A stretch of DNA of 64,000 bases, filler included, from Basidiobolus ranarum (GCA_040143965.1; 4 parts of 4 records of this genome joined end to end with filler, not necessarily neighbours in it); one strand, 5' to 3'; positions 1 to 13,259 are shown, counted from the first letter of the whole stretch. The notes: generated from the sequence alone by a model not told the origin. Numbers and translations are program-made.

Positions 1-2744
1 CATTCACTACTTTTGCCACATCCACATTTACTTCTACTGAATCTGTTACCGCTACATCCCCCACTGGTAGTGTAAGTGTTTCAAGCGCTTCTACAACTGC
101 TACCGAGACCAACAGTGGTAGTGTTAGTGGATCGAGTGCTTCCGCTTCTAGCCCCACAAGTTCAAGCGGGACATCCTCAGCTGTAACCAGTGTCACCTCA
201 GTTCCCACTACAGCTACTTCCCCCAGCGGAAGTGTCAGTGGTTCCAGTGCTTCTACCACTGCTACAGACACCAACAGCGGAAGTGTCAGTGGTTCCAGTG
301 CTTCTACCACTGCTACAGACACCAACAGTGGTAGTGTTAGTGGATCGAGTGCTTCCGTTTCTAGCCCCACAGGCTCAAGCGGGACATCCTCAGTCGTGAC
401 CAGCATCACTTCAGTTCCCACTACGGTTACTTCCGTTCAAACTGGTCCTAGTGGACCTACTACTACGACTTTGACCACTTTTGCTACATCCACATTCGTT
501 TCTACTGAATCTGTTACCGCTACCTCCCCCAGTGGAAGTGTCAGTGGTTCCAGCGCTTCTACTAGTGTCACAGGCACAAACAGTGGAAGTAGCAGCGAGT
601 CGAACACTGGCTCGGCAGGATCGAGCAGTGGAGCAACCTCCGTTGTGACCACCTTTACTACAGTTCCAACAACAGTTACCGCTACCCAGAGTGGACCTAC
701 AGGACCTACAACTACCACTCTGACCACTTTTGCTACTTCCATCGTTACTGCTACTGAATCTGGTAATACATCTAGTAACGGAAATACCTCATCAGGAAAT
801 GAAAGTTCCTCCAATACTGTACCAACCACCACTACCGCTACATCCCCCAGTGGCAGTGTCAGTGGATCAGTTACATCTACTAGTGCCACGGATAGTAACA
901 ATGGTAGTAGCAGTGGTTCGGATACCTCTGATACAAGCGCTACGGGTTCAAGCGGCAGCATTAGTGGGACATCTCCCGTGATAACAACTACCTCTACCAT
1001 CCCCACCACCATTACTACCACTCAGAATGGATCCAATGGACCAACCATCACCATAACAACTTCGGCAATTACTACCGCTACTACTACTCCGTCCGGAAGT
1101 GTAACAAGTAACATCAGTAGCTCCAACTCTGTAACTAACCCAGTTACTTCTACAGTTGTTATAACTACAACTGCAACTCAATCACCTAGTGGAAGTAATA
1201 CTAACCCAGTTACAGTAACATCTGTGATCACCGAATTCACAACATTGCCTGGAGAAAGCACTTCATCCGGAAATGGAAGCTCCAGTAATACGATACCAAC
1301 CACAACCAATGGCAGTGCTGGTAGCAGTGAATCAAATACCTCTAGTGCGACAGGTACCAACAGCGGGAGTGTCAGTGGATCAAGCGCTTCTACCAGTGCA
1401 ACAGGTACAAGCGGAAGTGAAAGCAGTATTAGTGGTAGTCCTACAGGAACAGGACCATTCCTTACTACCACCTTCACTACTACTCTAACAACCACTACTG
1501 CAACCTTACCTCCAGGCGGAAGTAATACTCAATCAATCACCTTCACTTCTGTCGTTACCCAAGTCACTACATCCACAGAAAGAGGCTCCTCATCTGGAAA
1601 TGGGAGCTCAACTAATAGTGGAACCATGACCAACACTATCACTACTACCCCAAGTGGTAGTACTGCACCTATCACCACCCCCGTGACAACAACAGGGGGA
1701 AGCGTGAGTGGCAGCAGCAACTCTTCAGGAACCGGCAGCGCAACTAAAACCACCACTACTACGGCAACCGTTATTACTACCCAAAATGGCAGTACTGGTC
1801 GGGTAACTACAACCAGGACCATTACTGGTAGTAATAGCAATTCAACTGGAAGTGAATCATCAGGTTCTTCAAGTGCCACCAGAAATACCACTACTACTAC
1901 GGCAACCGTTACTACTACTCAAAATGGCAGTACTGGTAGGGTAACAACCACCAGGACCATTACTGGTAGTACTAGCAGTTTAACTGGAAGTGGCACATCA
2001 TCAGCTTCAACCGTTACCAACCCCACCGAGGGAAGTGAGACTATCACTGTTACCATCACAACTACTGAAAAATCCACTGGCAACAATGGTAGTACCGTAA
2101 CAAAAACCAAGACCAAGACTACTGAACAAACCGAAACTTATACTGGTACCGGCACTGCCACAGTTACCGTAACTGAGACAGGTGGATGTAGTGAATCTTC
2201 TTGCTATACTCTGACCAAAACCAAAACCAAGACCCTACACTCCCATACTACCAAAACCCATACTAAGAGTACCTCTACCTCCAACCACCATACCAAGCCT
2301 GAATCTTCCAAGAGCTCCGGTACAAGTCATTCCGCTACAAAAACACATTCGAGCCAAACTGAAACACCCACCGATACTGGACGTGGTTGTATCTCTGGCA
2401 GATACAAGTGCGATGGTGATGGCTTCTATCAATGTGTCAACAAGACCTGGCGTCGTCGTCCCTGTGGAGGAGGAACACAATGCCGCTCTACCGGTGATCA
2501 TAAGGTAATCTGTGATTATCCACCCACCCAGCATATGGGCGGCAAAAAGGACCATTCTAGTACCAAATCCTACAGTGAGCATTCAAAGACTAAGACTAGC
2601 GAAGCATCCACTGAGCATTCAAAGACCAAGACTAGCGAAGCATCCAGTGAGCATTCAAAGACCAAGACTAGTGAGAATCAAGGACCCACATCGTCCCCAT
2701 GCACCACTACTACCAAAGTGGTCTCTGTTTCCAAAATGATCTAA
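1..2744 (+). CDS. 5'-partial Ser/Thr-rich mucin-like protein with a C-terminal CBM19-like chitin-binding module (possibly the tail of a GH18 chitinase)
   Basis: The frame of ORF 396..2744 is open back to position 3 (FTTFATSTFTSTESV...). Extreme S/T/G bias with internal repeats. Cys module CISGRYKC...FYQCVNKTW...CGGGTQC...VICD near the C-terminus. Confidence 0.85.
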   Translation, partial: FTTFATSTFTSTESVTATSPTGSVSVSSASTTATETNSGSVSGSSASASSPTSSSGTSSAVTSVTSVPTTATSPSGSVSGSSASTTATDTNSGSVSGSSASTTATDTNSGSVSGSSASVSSPTGSSGTSSVVTSITSVPTTVTSVQTGPSGPTTTTLTTFATSTFVSTESVTATSPSGSVSGSSASTSVTGTNSGSSSESNTGSAGSSSGATSVVTTFTTVPTTVTATQSGPTGPTTTTLTTFATSIVTATESGNTSSNGNTSSGNESSSNTVPTTTTATSPSGSVSGSVTSTSATDSNNGSSSGSDTSDTSATGSSGSISGTSPVITTTSTIPTTITTTQNGSNGPTITITTSAITTATTTPSGSVTSNISSSNSVTNPVTSTVVITTTATQSPSGSNTNPVTVTSVITEFTTLPGESTSSGNGSSSNTIPTTTNGSAGSSESNTSSATGTNSGSVSGSSASTSATGTSGSESSISGSPTGTGPFLTTTFTTTLTTTTATLPPGGSNTQSITFTSVVTQVTTSTERGSSSGNGSSTNSGTMTNTITTTPSGSTAPITTPVTTTGGSVSGSSNSSGTGSATKTTTTTATVITTQNGSTGRVTTTRTITGSNSNSTGSESSGSSSATRNTTTTTATVTTTQNGSTGRVTTTRTITGSTSSLTGSGTSSASTVTNPTEGSETITVTITTTEKSTGNNGSTVTKTKTKTTEQTETYTGTGTATVTVTETGGCSESSCYTLTKTKTKTLHSHTTKTHTKSTSTSNHHTKPESSKSSGTSHSATKTHSSQTETPTDTGRGCISGRYKCDGDGFYQCVNKTWRRRPCGGGTQCRSTGDHKVICDYPPTQHMGGKKDHSSTKSYSEHSKTKTSEASTEHSKTKTSEASSEHSKTKTSENQGPTSSPCTTTTKVVSVSKMI
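224..325 (+). repeat. 51-nt coding tandem repeat (SGSVSGSSASTTATDTN x2)
   Basis: cagcggaagtgtcagtggttccagtgcttctaccactgctacagacaccaa occurs at 224 and 275; degenerate copies lie elsewhere in the gene. Confidence 0.9.
2574..2675 (+). repeat. 36-nt coding tandem repeat (SEHSKTKTSEAS, about x3)
   Basis: gagcattcaaagac(t/c)aagactag(c/t)ga is repeated three times. Confidence 0.9.
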
Positions 2745-3786
2745 ATAATTTTTACATTTCCCCCAAGTCAGTATCATTATCCCTTAGTTTGTTATCTTGC
2801 TTGTGATAGTCTGAAGCATTTGTAGATCAATTCGATTTATCACAGCCATATGAAAAGTTATGTATCTGACATCAGCTACTATATGATGCAGAAGAACCAA
2901 CCCTAAAATTTTTTAAATAAATCATTTTCTTAACATCCAACTTACATCTCTTCCAATGGACATGCAAACCCGGTTAAATAACCATGTTTAAAATACCTCG
3001 CAGCCTGGAAGATATGAATGGCAGATATATATTACTAGTAGATGAAACGGTCAAAGGTATGTATAGGCAAAAGATGGTACACTCGTCAAGGCTGTGAAGT
3101 GTTATTGGTTGTAAATATAGTATATATATACAGCCTGGATCAAATAATTGAAAACACTGAGTGAGCAGGATCCCTGACTTCGATTGTGTGATAATTTTGT
3201 TTGATCACTTCTGACTACATTTCACATGGGATGGTGAACCGATTTTCATTGTCATGAAATGAGTACTGAAGACTTTTGCGCCCATCTTTGATACAAGTCT
3301 CTATGCGAAGTGTCTATGCTCATATAAAAGAGTGCTATAATTGTTAACTTATATCTGTAGAATACCCTAGTAATGTATTGTGTTTCATTTTATTATGTGG
3401 TGGAATTAAACATTCTAGAGAAGCAAATTCAACATAGATGGCAAAAGAACCTGTACGACTAAACACACACATGAGAGTTACCCCCTTGTTGTTCTGCACA
3501 AGATCATTTGGCGTTCACAAGCAAATGGTTCTAAGTCCATATTATAATAACGGTCGCTGGGATTTATTTACAACTGATATTTAAAGTGGTTTAACTTTAC
3601 AGCAGGTTGATGAAATTCAGGCAAGTATATATAATTCTACTATACAACAAAGAGCACATACATATGTCCAGTTTCATATCTCCGTATAGAAACAGAACTC
3701 ATCCCTCCACAATAACAACGTAAATCAATGGCAAAACTAGTTTGATTAGTCTTTCCATACAAAATTGGTTATATCTGATGGGAAAT

Positions 3787-4576
3787 CTAACTGCTAGATG
3801 ATCTAGTTGAAGCTCTTGTGAGTACTTGATTGTCTAAATCATCCCAGTGCCTCTGCTCGATTAAGTAAGCACGACGTACAAACATTGATAGAATAGCTGT
3901 AGCAATCTAAGTAATGATTAGATGTGACTCTTTCTTGCTGATGAAATAAAAGAGACTTACTGATAGCATGATCTCCCATACGTATATTATCATTAAGCTA
4001 GCAAGTACACTGATATTTAGCCAATGTTGTAAATGCCAAGCGAAGGAATATCCGTATGGGATAGGTGTTGACCTGAACCACGACTCGTAACTGTCTTGGG
4101 ATACAAGTTGCGTCTCTGAGGCATCCTGAGCATAGCTGGTGATCTTGATTACACGAACACTGATCAAGATACAAAAGATGATCCAAAGAATGTGCAATAT
4201 ACTCCACAGAGAATACTAATCAAATAGAATGAGTAAACATTATCAAACCCAAAGACATACCAAAGGATAAGCTTACCAGTAGTAGAATTCGTTTGACATA
4301 GCGAAGAGATCCATATATATTGGCTACACACATGCTTATCAAAAGGATATTCGCAGTTATCGAGACATAAAGTGACTGTGAGCCGGCATGATAAATGTCG
4401 AAGTATATCAACAAGAGTAGAGTTATCTATCCAAGGAGGTACATTAGCAGGATGAATATTTGATAGTAAAAGGTGGTTTGATGTAAGTTAATATTTACCA
4501 GTTCAATGCTTAAAACGCTGATTGATATACGCTTTGTTGTCGTGATATCAATGGATTTTTTACTGTTGAATCCCAT
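3787..4576 (-). CDS. Four-exon small membrane protein with about 4 TM helices, function unknown
   Basis: Manual splice model: MGFNSKKSIDITTTKRISISVLSIEL | ITLLLLIYFDIY...YGSLRYVKRILLL | YSLWSILHILWIIF...YVWEIMLS | IATAILSMFVRRAY...SSSS*. GTAA..AG introns keep the frame. Confidence 0.7.
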
Positions 4577-7214
4577 ACTTGCAAACGACCCGTTTATCCA
4601 GACAAATCGTTGCTTGAGTGTTAAAGGAGAGTGTGAGACAATTAAAGTGCGATACTTGACAATTTAGTTATATATTATATCTCTAAGCGAACGAGCCGAA
4701 GGTGAAGTCAAGCAAATCAAATATTCTCCAAGGTAGGGCTTTCGGCTTCCGATGTTGTATCTGATAATAAATCCAAACAAGCTATTCTAGAAACTACGAA
4801 AAAGAACTGTAAAGAGAGCACAACTTGGAATTAATAGGCCCAACGAACACGTGATTATCTGTGGGGGTTACAAGGATAATGCGCAATTAAGGAGGAGATG
4901 CGGAGATGAAGCTTTGATCTCTCAAGGCACCAAGGAACGGTGGATATCTCTTTTTATTAGATCTATCTAAGATATGATGCAATAGGAAATTTCCCTCATT
5001 CACACTTCTTTACAGAATGAAACAGCCCGACTGGCCAGTGTTTCAGCATTTGATCAACCTGAATCTAACTCTAGAAAAACCACATGATATTCCCAAGACC
5101 TCACTTTTGCTCTGGCTCTACACAGTATGGCTGCATTGTTTTTAAAGATAGCTAATCATTGATGATGTATCGATGGCCATGTTTAAGGATCATTAGCATC
5201 CAATAGGCTCCAATCGTATCTATGGATCAATTGGCTAAAGCAACAAATCCGTTTCATAACTTCATTACTCGACATCCTCCACTGACATGGAGCCTTCAAT
5301 CTGAAGAACAACATATGTTTCTTACTCTTTCAGTCGTCAAAGCAGCCATTATTCTTTGTGCATTCCATTATGAGAGACATCCTGCTCCAGTAGATTAACA
5401 GGTATGGATGTCATCACAAGATGCTCTAATCTCCAACAATATCAGCGCATTAAATCGGTGAAAGAGACGAATACGAGAGTAGTAATGGGCACTTCCATAA
5501 AAGGCGCTATTCAAAATATATACTCCGGTGTGCTTTCATTGAATTCGTGGATGCTCATTGGATGTCAAGTAAAACGTATAAACATACCAGTATTAACTCC
5601 ATAACTTTGATGTCTGCAAATGAATGTGTATGACCACCGTGGAGCATAGAGTATCAAACCAGCTCCAATGCCAACACATCAACTTGCATCAGGCCTATCT
5701 CCATATATAGTGAAATCATCGTATGAACTCTATGTACAAGCTACATCGCCCCGTATCTCCGCTCAAATCTATTGCGTCTGTTTACTGTCTGTTGATTGAA
5801 GACGTATCGTAGCCGTTTTAATGTGCTATATTCGCTCGAAAAAGCAACGAATCTGACACTTCTACATATCAATAACATCATCTGGTCAACTCGGAATAGT
5901 GTAGAATATGCGCATAAATTAGGACTCTACGCTTAATACAATTCCAACATGAATCAGTGGGCAACAATTGGATTCAGTGCTCCATGCAACAATATTACCA
6001 TTCTCTGTTCTATTCGTCCTTCCAAGTGTGTGTATAGTCATGAATGTCAATCACAATTCATGTTACTAGTATAAATTAAGGTAAGCAGGTAAACAGTTGA
6101 AAGTCTTCATTCCAGGCCTCTCATTAAGTTCATGTTACATATAGCTGGAATAATTATGCATTGAAATATTCAATATCTATCATGTATTGGGAAAACAAAG
6201 TTTCTAGACAACTTTAGTCCTGTCCACACTGGGCCCTACAGGCACATTAATTATAGACTATGTGGATGGTACATTCTCGTAATTCCTAGGCATTGTCTAC
6301 TACAACTCCTCTACTAGTGAATGCATCTTTGGTGAAATAAAAGTGGGATTAGCCCAATCACTAATTGCTGGAAACTCCTCAAACAGCAACATTACCTATC
6401 CGAGCTCTTTGACCATGAAAAATATACTTCCAGTGGAGATAGAAAATACCGGATTACATATTTCTGTCTGTAACCATTCTAATTTTGATGAGCCCTGTTC
6501 TTGTGTGCTTAATGGCTTATTTCTTATCTTGCTTTACAAAAGTGGGGGTTATTGGGAGCCGGTAATGGCGCAGCAATCGATGATTAATGCTGAGCTGCAG
6601 CTGGAGGTTTGACAATATTGTGTATGAAATGAAGCAACTCTTAATATCCGAGCATAGAATCTGACCTCAAGATTCTCAGCGTCAAGAGTCTAGATTAAGC
6701 AGAGTACTAATTAACGAAATCCCGGTATTGAACCTGATAAATCATTGTGAATTCATCAGGGGTTAGGTATTCATATTTGCATCTAAATAAATGAAATGGC
6801 ATCAAATAAATCGAAATTCTACTCATCTAGTAGTAGGGATGCAATGAATGGGAACTGTGTATAAAGATAATCTCCAAGAGGTTTCCGTAAATCTTGTGGG
6901 TAACACTAACTTCATCACTTGCATGATTATGTAAACAAGGCATTGACTTCACGATAGACAGCTCAGAGTTGATACATATTATGATTCGCGTCATTCGACA
7001 GGGGATATACTTTATTGTTGGGTGATAGTCAACAAATCCCTACGTGATGATTGGTACAATGAATAGACAGGGGATCCCAAGAAGTAGGGCCAACAATACT
7101 TTTATTTAGACTTCGCACTATACGCGTCGATTATCTTTCACTATTGTAGGAAATCTAGACAACGAAAAAGCTATCTCTTGACACCACCAACCTTCACACA
7201 CTTACCGTAGCACC

Positions 7215-8755
7215 ATGTTCTCAAGAGTGGATTTGGAAGACACTTTGATCAAGACGTCTAGCGACTTGAAAGATATAGCTCAAAACATATATTCAAGTAA
7301 AAAATGCGTCATCCTCACGGGTGCGGGAATCTCTTGTAGTGCTGGCATACCTGTAAGTATATGTCTAAACATTCAAAATATCCAACAGACACTAACTTTG
7401 ATGATTTCCAACAACAAGGATTTTCGTTCAGCTGACGGTCTTTACAATATAGTCAAATCCAAGTTCCCACAATCTGTTCTCAAAGGTAGAGACATATTTG
7501 ACGCGAATCTTTTCAAAGACGAAACTTCCACCAAGATTTTCTACAGCTTTATGGCTGAGCTTAGTCAGATCACGTCAAAAGCCAAGGCTACTTCGACTCA
7601 CAAATTCATTCGCAATTTAAACGAAGAAGGGAAACTATTAAGATGCTACACACAGAATATTGACTGTCTGGAGGAGAAGTTAGAGCTAAATTCGAATCTC
7701 TTAGATGATAAAAAGAATGTCAAAGTGATCCAACTTCACGGAAGTTTAAGTCGAGTTTCCTGCACTGCTTGTAGTGAGAAGTTCAGCCTTACGAAGGAAG
7801 TTCAAGATCAATTTCAGGTAGGCTTAGCTCCCGCGTGTAGCTCTTGTAGTGATCGTTGTAAAGAAAGAGAGCAGAGAGGCAAGCGATCGATTACGATTGG
7901 ATCCCTTCGTCCTGATATCGTGTTATACAATGAGCACCACCCGATGGGTGATATCATTGGACAGATGCAGCAAGCTGACCTTCGAAGAAAACCTGATCTT
8001 TTAATCATTATGGGGACTACCTTGAAGGTGTGTGGATTTAAGAACCTTGTAAAGGAGATGGCCAAGACAGTACACCAATCTAAGAAGGGAAAGGTGATTT
8101 TCGTCAACAAAACTGAGCTCCCCACCAAAGAGTGGGAGGGGATAATTGATTACTTCGTTATTGGAGAAACCGATAAATGGGTGAATCAAATGGAAGACAT
8201 GATGAATCAGCTCAAGCTTAAGAAAGTCACGCGTAACAAGAAATTGCCGCTCCAGGGCAATACGCTGGACAATTATATCTCCGAGGTTACTTCAGATGAG
8301 GGTACGTTATTGTGTTCCATTCTCTGATGTCATACCCATTGCATACTAACCTTTTGAATATAGACTCAACTCCATACAAACTCTCGCACATACACAAGAC
8401 ACCAGAAAATAAGATGCGTCGCAAGGTTTTGGGTCGCAAATCTGTACAGAAGCTGAATCTGGTGCCTGAGCCAGTGATATCATCTATTTTGCCGACACCT
8501 CCTGCTTCCCCCATCAAGTCCAGATCACCAGCCTTGATTGTTCCTAACAATGGAGTCGCGAAAAAACCAAGTACAAAGCTGCCAGCCAAGGCTAATGCAC
8601 CTTCATGCCGACTTACCAGACAAACAACTAGGCAGCAGACAGTTGATTCGATGATGAAAGCCACCAAAAGATGTATCACCTCGAAGAAACCAAAGGAACT
8701 ATCTGGCATGCCTGCAACTCATGGACATTCTATTAAGCCTCTGCTGATGCAATAA
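7215..8755 (+). CDS. NAD-dependent deacetylase, sirtuin of the Hst3/Hst4 type (3 exons)
   Basis: Motifs GAGISCSAGIP|DFRS, YTQNIDCLE, QLHG, CxxC..CxxC, RPDIVLYNE, MGTTLKV. Introns at 7353-7418 and about 8302-8363. Confidence 0.92.
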
Positions 8756-9419
8756 TGACTAATTATCGATCAACCGTCGCGTGTACAGCTTTACTCATGT
8801 ATATATTTTCCTTGTTTGTTGAGGTTATTTCTTGAACCTGCATATTAAACGTGTCTATACCACATTCTATCCATCCCGAACGATTTCACAGTGATTTAAC
8901 AGGACAAGCAAGACAACACCTGTCATTCATGCTTCTGTTGGAGCGCAGCCAGGTGCCTTACGCGTTTTTAAGCTCGGTTTTAGTCCATGTGACCTCGTTC
9001 CATCTGTGTTTGGATTATTCAGTTGTCGAATACGTTCTTATTATGATTGAACGGCTAGAGGTTGAAACCATGAATGATGCAGGCAGCATCATTTAATTAT
9101 TCAGCCCAGGGTATTTCTCCGCGAATCAACCAAGATCGATAAGACAACATAACCTTTTAAGGTGATTCTGAGAATCAACCAAGTTTCAATAGAATGTAAT
9201 TATGCACCGATTGTACGTAGCTCTTGAGAGGCATGTTGAGACTGGTGATCCTCTGGCCCCTTAAACTTGTTGGTCATTTGAGCAATGCGTTTGTTAGCAA
9301 AAATAGGAGCCAATGTCAAAAATATAAAAGCCTTGTCTCCCTTCTACATTCAGCCAAGATTTTCTCTTTAAAGCACCATTTACTCATCAATACATCAATT
9401 CAGATCGCACTAGATAGTT

Positions 9420-10127
9420 ATGACTTTTAATATCAGGGAGCTAACCACCAGTCTCTTTTACCTGCTAACGGTATTTTTAGCGACTTTTGCATGGATCATT
9501 TTGTTTGTAGCGGCGATCGTTGCCGGTGACCTTGGGTTCACATGGTTTGTGGTGATGTATCTGTTTGTCCTGAAGGTGATATTGGTCACGGCGATCATTA
9601 CTGCCTCGGTCCATCATCATCGACTCGCTCTGTTGGTATTCTTGACTATTGGAATCGTCTTGTGTATCATCGATATCAACGCATTTGTCTACTCTACTGC
9701 GTCAGTATTTCAGGCACTCACTGCTGGTTTTATCCTTTCCGTGATTGCTCTAATTTTATGGGCCATTGCTATGGGAGTCGAGGAAGAGACCTACATCCAT
9801 CGCACACTTCATTCTTATAGATTGGGTGGTCCAGTTAGGGATATAGAATCTGGTGTTAGGGTTGCTCCACCAATGTCACAAAATAATGTTGCTCCACCCC
9901 AAGTTGCCTCTCATGGAGACTACCCTCCGTTAACTAACAATGCACAGTACTCATTCAGAGCTCAGGCACTTTATCCCTACCAGGCAAACCCCAATGATCC
10001 TCAAGAGCTGTCGTTCGAGGAAGGTGAGGTCATTGATGTAGTACAACCGGAAGGCAAGTGGTGGCAAGGGAGAAGGTCCGACGGTACGGTTGGCGTTATA
10101 CCAAGTAATTTCTTCCAACTTTTATAA
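9420..10127 (+). CDS. SHO1: Sho1-like osmosensor (4 TM + C-terminal SH3), intronless
   Basis: Four hydrophobic helices, then SH3 RAQALYPYQANPNDPQELSFEEGE...KWWQGR...GVIPSNF. TATA-like atataaaa at about 9322. Confidence 0.88.
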   Translation: MTFNIRELTTSLFYLLTVFLATFAWIILFVAAIVAGDLGFTWFVVMYLFVLKVILVTAIITASVHHHRLALLVFLTIGIVLCIIDINAFVYSTASVFQALTAGFILSVIALILWAIAMGVEEETYIHRTLHSYRLGGPVRDIESGVRVAPPMSQNNVAPPQVASHGDYPPLTNNAQYSFRAQALYPYQANPNDPQELSFEEGEVIDVVQPEGKWWQGRRSDGTVGVIPSNFFQLL

Positions 10128-10665
10128 AGTGAAACCCATCGAGCCAATTCTCTTTTGCAATATCATTGAACATTAAATCTCATCATAGTTTCTATTCCCA
10201 CTAAATTCACACCGGAAATTTTTGCTAAATTCCATCGTTCTTTTTAATAAATCATCTATGAAATAAGCGTTTCGTTTGGTTGACCATAAATATCTTATGA
10301 CAAGGCCACTACTACCATCAACCAAAGGCAGCCTCTTGGTTCAAAAGTGATATCGAGTACTTTATTTAATCGGTGCTTTTATGTGCAAAGAAGTTGGGTA
10401 GATAGATGAAAGGGATCAGCCCTTGAATAGGGGTTATATTGGATGGTACAATTTGAGACTAGCTTCACCTTGAGGAATACATCCTTTTACTAGAAACTGA
10501 ATAAAACTTGCGGAATGAAATTAGTGGAAAAACGAATCGACTTGCATCACCAAAATGACTGATATATGTAAGGACATATTTGTACACTATGTTATTTAGA
10601 CTAAAAAGGCCCCCGTTGGGCTTTGAGGAAGGGATGGATAAAAGTGACAGATCTGTATCCATAAT

Positions 10666-12040
10666 TTAGGAGAAAAGAATGCTGGTTAATAAAGTTAACC
10701 CAATCATAATAAGCAACCTAGTGAAAAAAGCCTGCTGAGGATCTCCAACTGTAGAGGCTTGGATTAAAATAGTGTTATACAACAACTGACGAATATACTC
10801 TCTTACCCGGTTGGTTTCCAGCTTGCTGAGTAGGTGGGAAAGTCTAAATCACATGTGAATCCTTTGCTTTGTAATAATTTTAATTGCATCGAAGCAAGAA
10901 ATTGGTACTTACAAAGTGAAAACCAAAAAGACCTGGGAGAAATCCGAAACCACCACCAATCGAAAAGAACGGGGCGAAGTTTACTCCTCCCATATTGATG
11001 CCAGCCCATCCATTGTTATCTTCACCCGGATTGTTGGTGGGCTCTGGTCTTTGACCAGCAGGTCGTTTTGGACAATTCGGATCGGTTCTATTATTTGCAT
11101 TAATAATAAGAATATTGAATTATGAGCATACTTCGTGGTGGTTCTGCATAGCGTACTCACCTAGGGTCTTTTGCCTCTTTTCCACGTCCATATACGGGTA
11201 TTACTTTGTCTTTGCCGCAACCGGCCTTGCAAACGGGACAGAGTGGGTTTCGAGGTTGTGCTTCTAGCCACTATAAGAGAGGTATAAATCCCATTCATAT
11301 CTCAAAAATAATATTTATAATCAAATACTCAAGTTCGTTGACTTACTTGGTGCAAACATGGCCAACTGTGTGGTTGGATTTGGAGAGATAAAAGAAACCG
11401 TCTAAGCAATAGTAGAAATACCAGAAAGATTCCTATAAAAAGGCTTACCAATAAAGATGCCCACAAAGAGTTAACACTGGATATGAAGCAGCGTCGAAGC
11501 TAATAACAAGTCAAAAAGCATTTAGAGAAAAAAGTTCAAGACTATATCGAGTAGATAGAAATATCCTTAATACCAGATGTTGCACGAAAACTCGCTGTTA
11601 CTGTCGTTGTAATCGAATTGAGTCGAAGAGGTATTGGAGGATTCACCGTTTATATTAGTTGAGGATTTCTGTTGCTTCTTCAAGCTAGTTCCAGTAAAGG
11701 AATAAGTCGTACGTGGTCGTTCTTTGATGAAAGCGGGATCGACGTAAGTTGGCATAGCATCCGACTGAGCATCTTGGATTGAACTGGCAACGTCACAGGC
11801 CTCTGTCTCAGGCTCTGAGGTATTGTTTTGTACGTTAGTATCATTAGAATCAACTATGGGGGACGGATCGTTAATACAGACTTCAGAGTCTGGAGCTACG
11901 ATGGGGGACATGCCTTCCTCTTGAGTTTTGTCCTCTGGGGAAAAACCCAAATCATGAGGTAAGGTGAAGTTCGGTTTCAATTCAGTATCTTCGAAGGAAA
12001 GCGGTTGTTTTATTCTTTCTTCGTGGAGTTGAGTTTCCAT
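10666..12040 (-). CDS. RNF5/RNF185-like C3HC4 RING E3 ubiquitin ligase with a C-terminal TM anchor (multi-exon)
   Basis: Spliced [26 protein letters not shown]..|..[36 protein letters not shown]. Followed by a [11 protein letters not shown] motif, a Gly/Phe-rich segment, and the tail [22 protein letters not shown]. Confidence 0.88.
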
Positions 12041-13259
12041 CTGCTTTATTTCTCACCACCGATAAGATTTAGGAGAGCAAGGGGAGTTGTATAGAGCCAA
12101 AGTAATGAAATATTTGCCAAGTTGAGTGATAAATCAATCAACCCTCTAACTATTGGATTAACCTTTACCAATTCTCGAAGGGAATCCTCATTAGTGAATG
12201 AAAATACCGGACAAATGGAAATGGACAATAAAGGAATCAGATTTGAGCGGCGAAAGTCTCGAATTTCACATCTCGATAATTTACCGAAAGGAAGTTGGAA
12301 CCCATCGTCATCGGTGCAATAAGAATCACCTCTCATGGCTACTGAAAACTCATTGGTTGCTCAGATCAGATACTCTAACTCTATTGGCCTACAAGGTGAC
12401 CCAAAGATGGGTACTTTTTTGGACAAGTTTACACCAGCTCGATGGGCAGACAGAAACGAAATCAAGTACACAGATTGTGGTCTTCACTGATTTGATGAAG
12501 GGTGCATTCACCAGGTACATCCAAACATGGCTACAACAAAGGACTGCCTTAAAGATATCTCCACATGATTGGATAGATTCCATACTATACATGATATCCA
12601 CATCGATGCCATTACGATTGCTTCCAGATAGACTATTTAGATTGCTCATTTCCCGGCTCAACTACAATCAGCTAGCTGGTCTCGAATACATTAAGTGTAG
12701 GCATGCTAATTGCCGCTAAAATAAACATGATACAGGACTTGATCGATCTTGACTAGCCTCCGAGTTCCAGCATCATGCAGGTTTCTCTGGAATTTCATTG
12801 TCATATTTGCAGCCAATGTGATTGGCTACTGGTGTATTCCGTAAGATCATGGGGGCAGTTCATATGTACACTTAATCATAGGCAGGTGTGCACAAATAGC
12901 TGGAGGGAAGGGTTGGTCCAAGGCCTGTATCTCTAAAGTTAAGGGCCGAGGTTGAGCCGTACTGTTCGGATTTCGTTGGAGAGAAAGCTCATCAAGAGCA
13001 TCGGAATCCTTGAAGGTGTGGAGGTGGTTCTCAAAATGGCTTAAATGTTAGTCATTCAAATATACTTGAGGAATGTGATAGTTGTGCGGATGAAACATCA
13101 TATTTATTATCAGGTTGATCTTTACTGAAACCGATACACAACCTCAGGGGGAGTGAGGGCTGATTTAGAAATGTACACGTATGGCTTTCTTTCATATGAC
13201 TGACAATCAGCTTATATCAAGCCATCATTTCCTCCTGGCCAAGCAGGTTGAGAGGAAAT

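Noticed and set aside
190-2739. Many overlapping alternative-frame and antisense ORFs (Val/Leu/Pro-rich)
   Set aside because: Shadow ORFs caused by the low-complexity Ser/Thr codon pattern of the mucin gene.
12046-12719. ORFs of 96-173 aa upstream of the RING gene
   Set aside because: No recognisable domain, mutually overlapping on both strands, and no consistent splice model.
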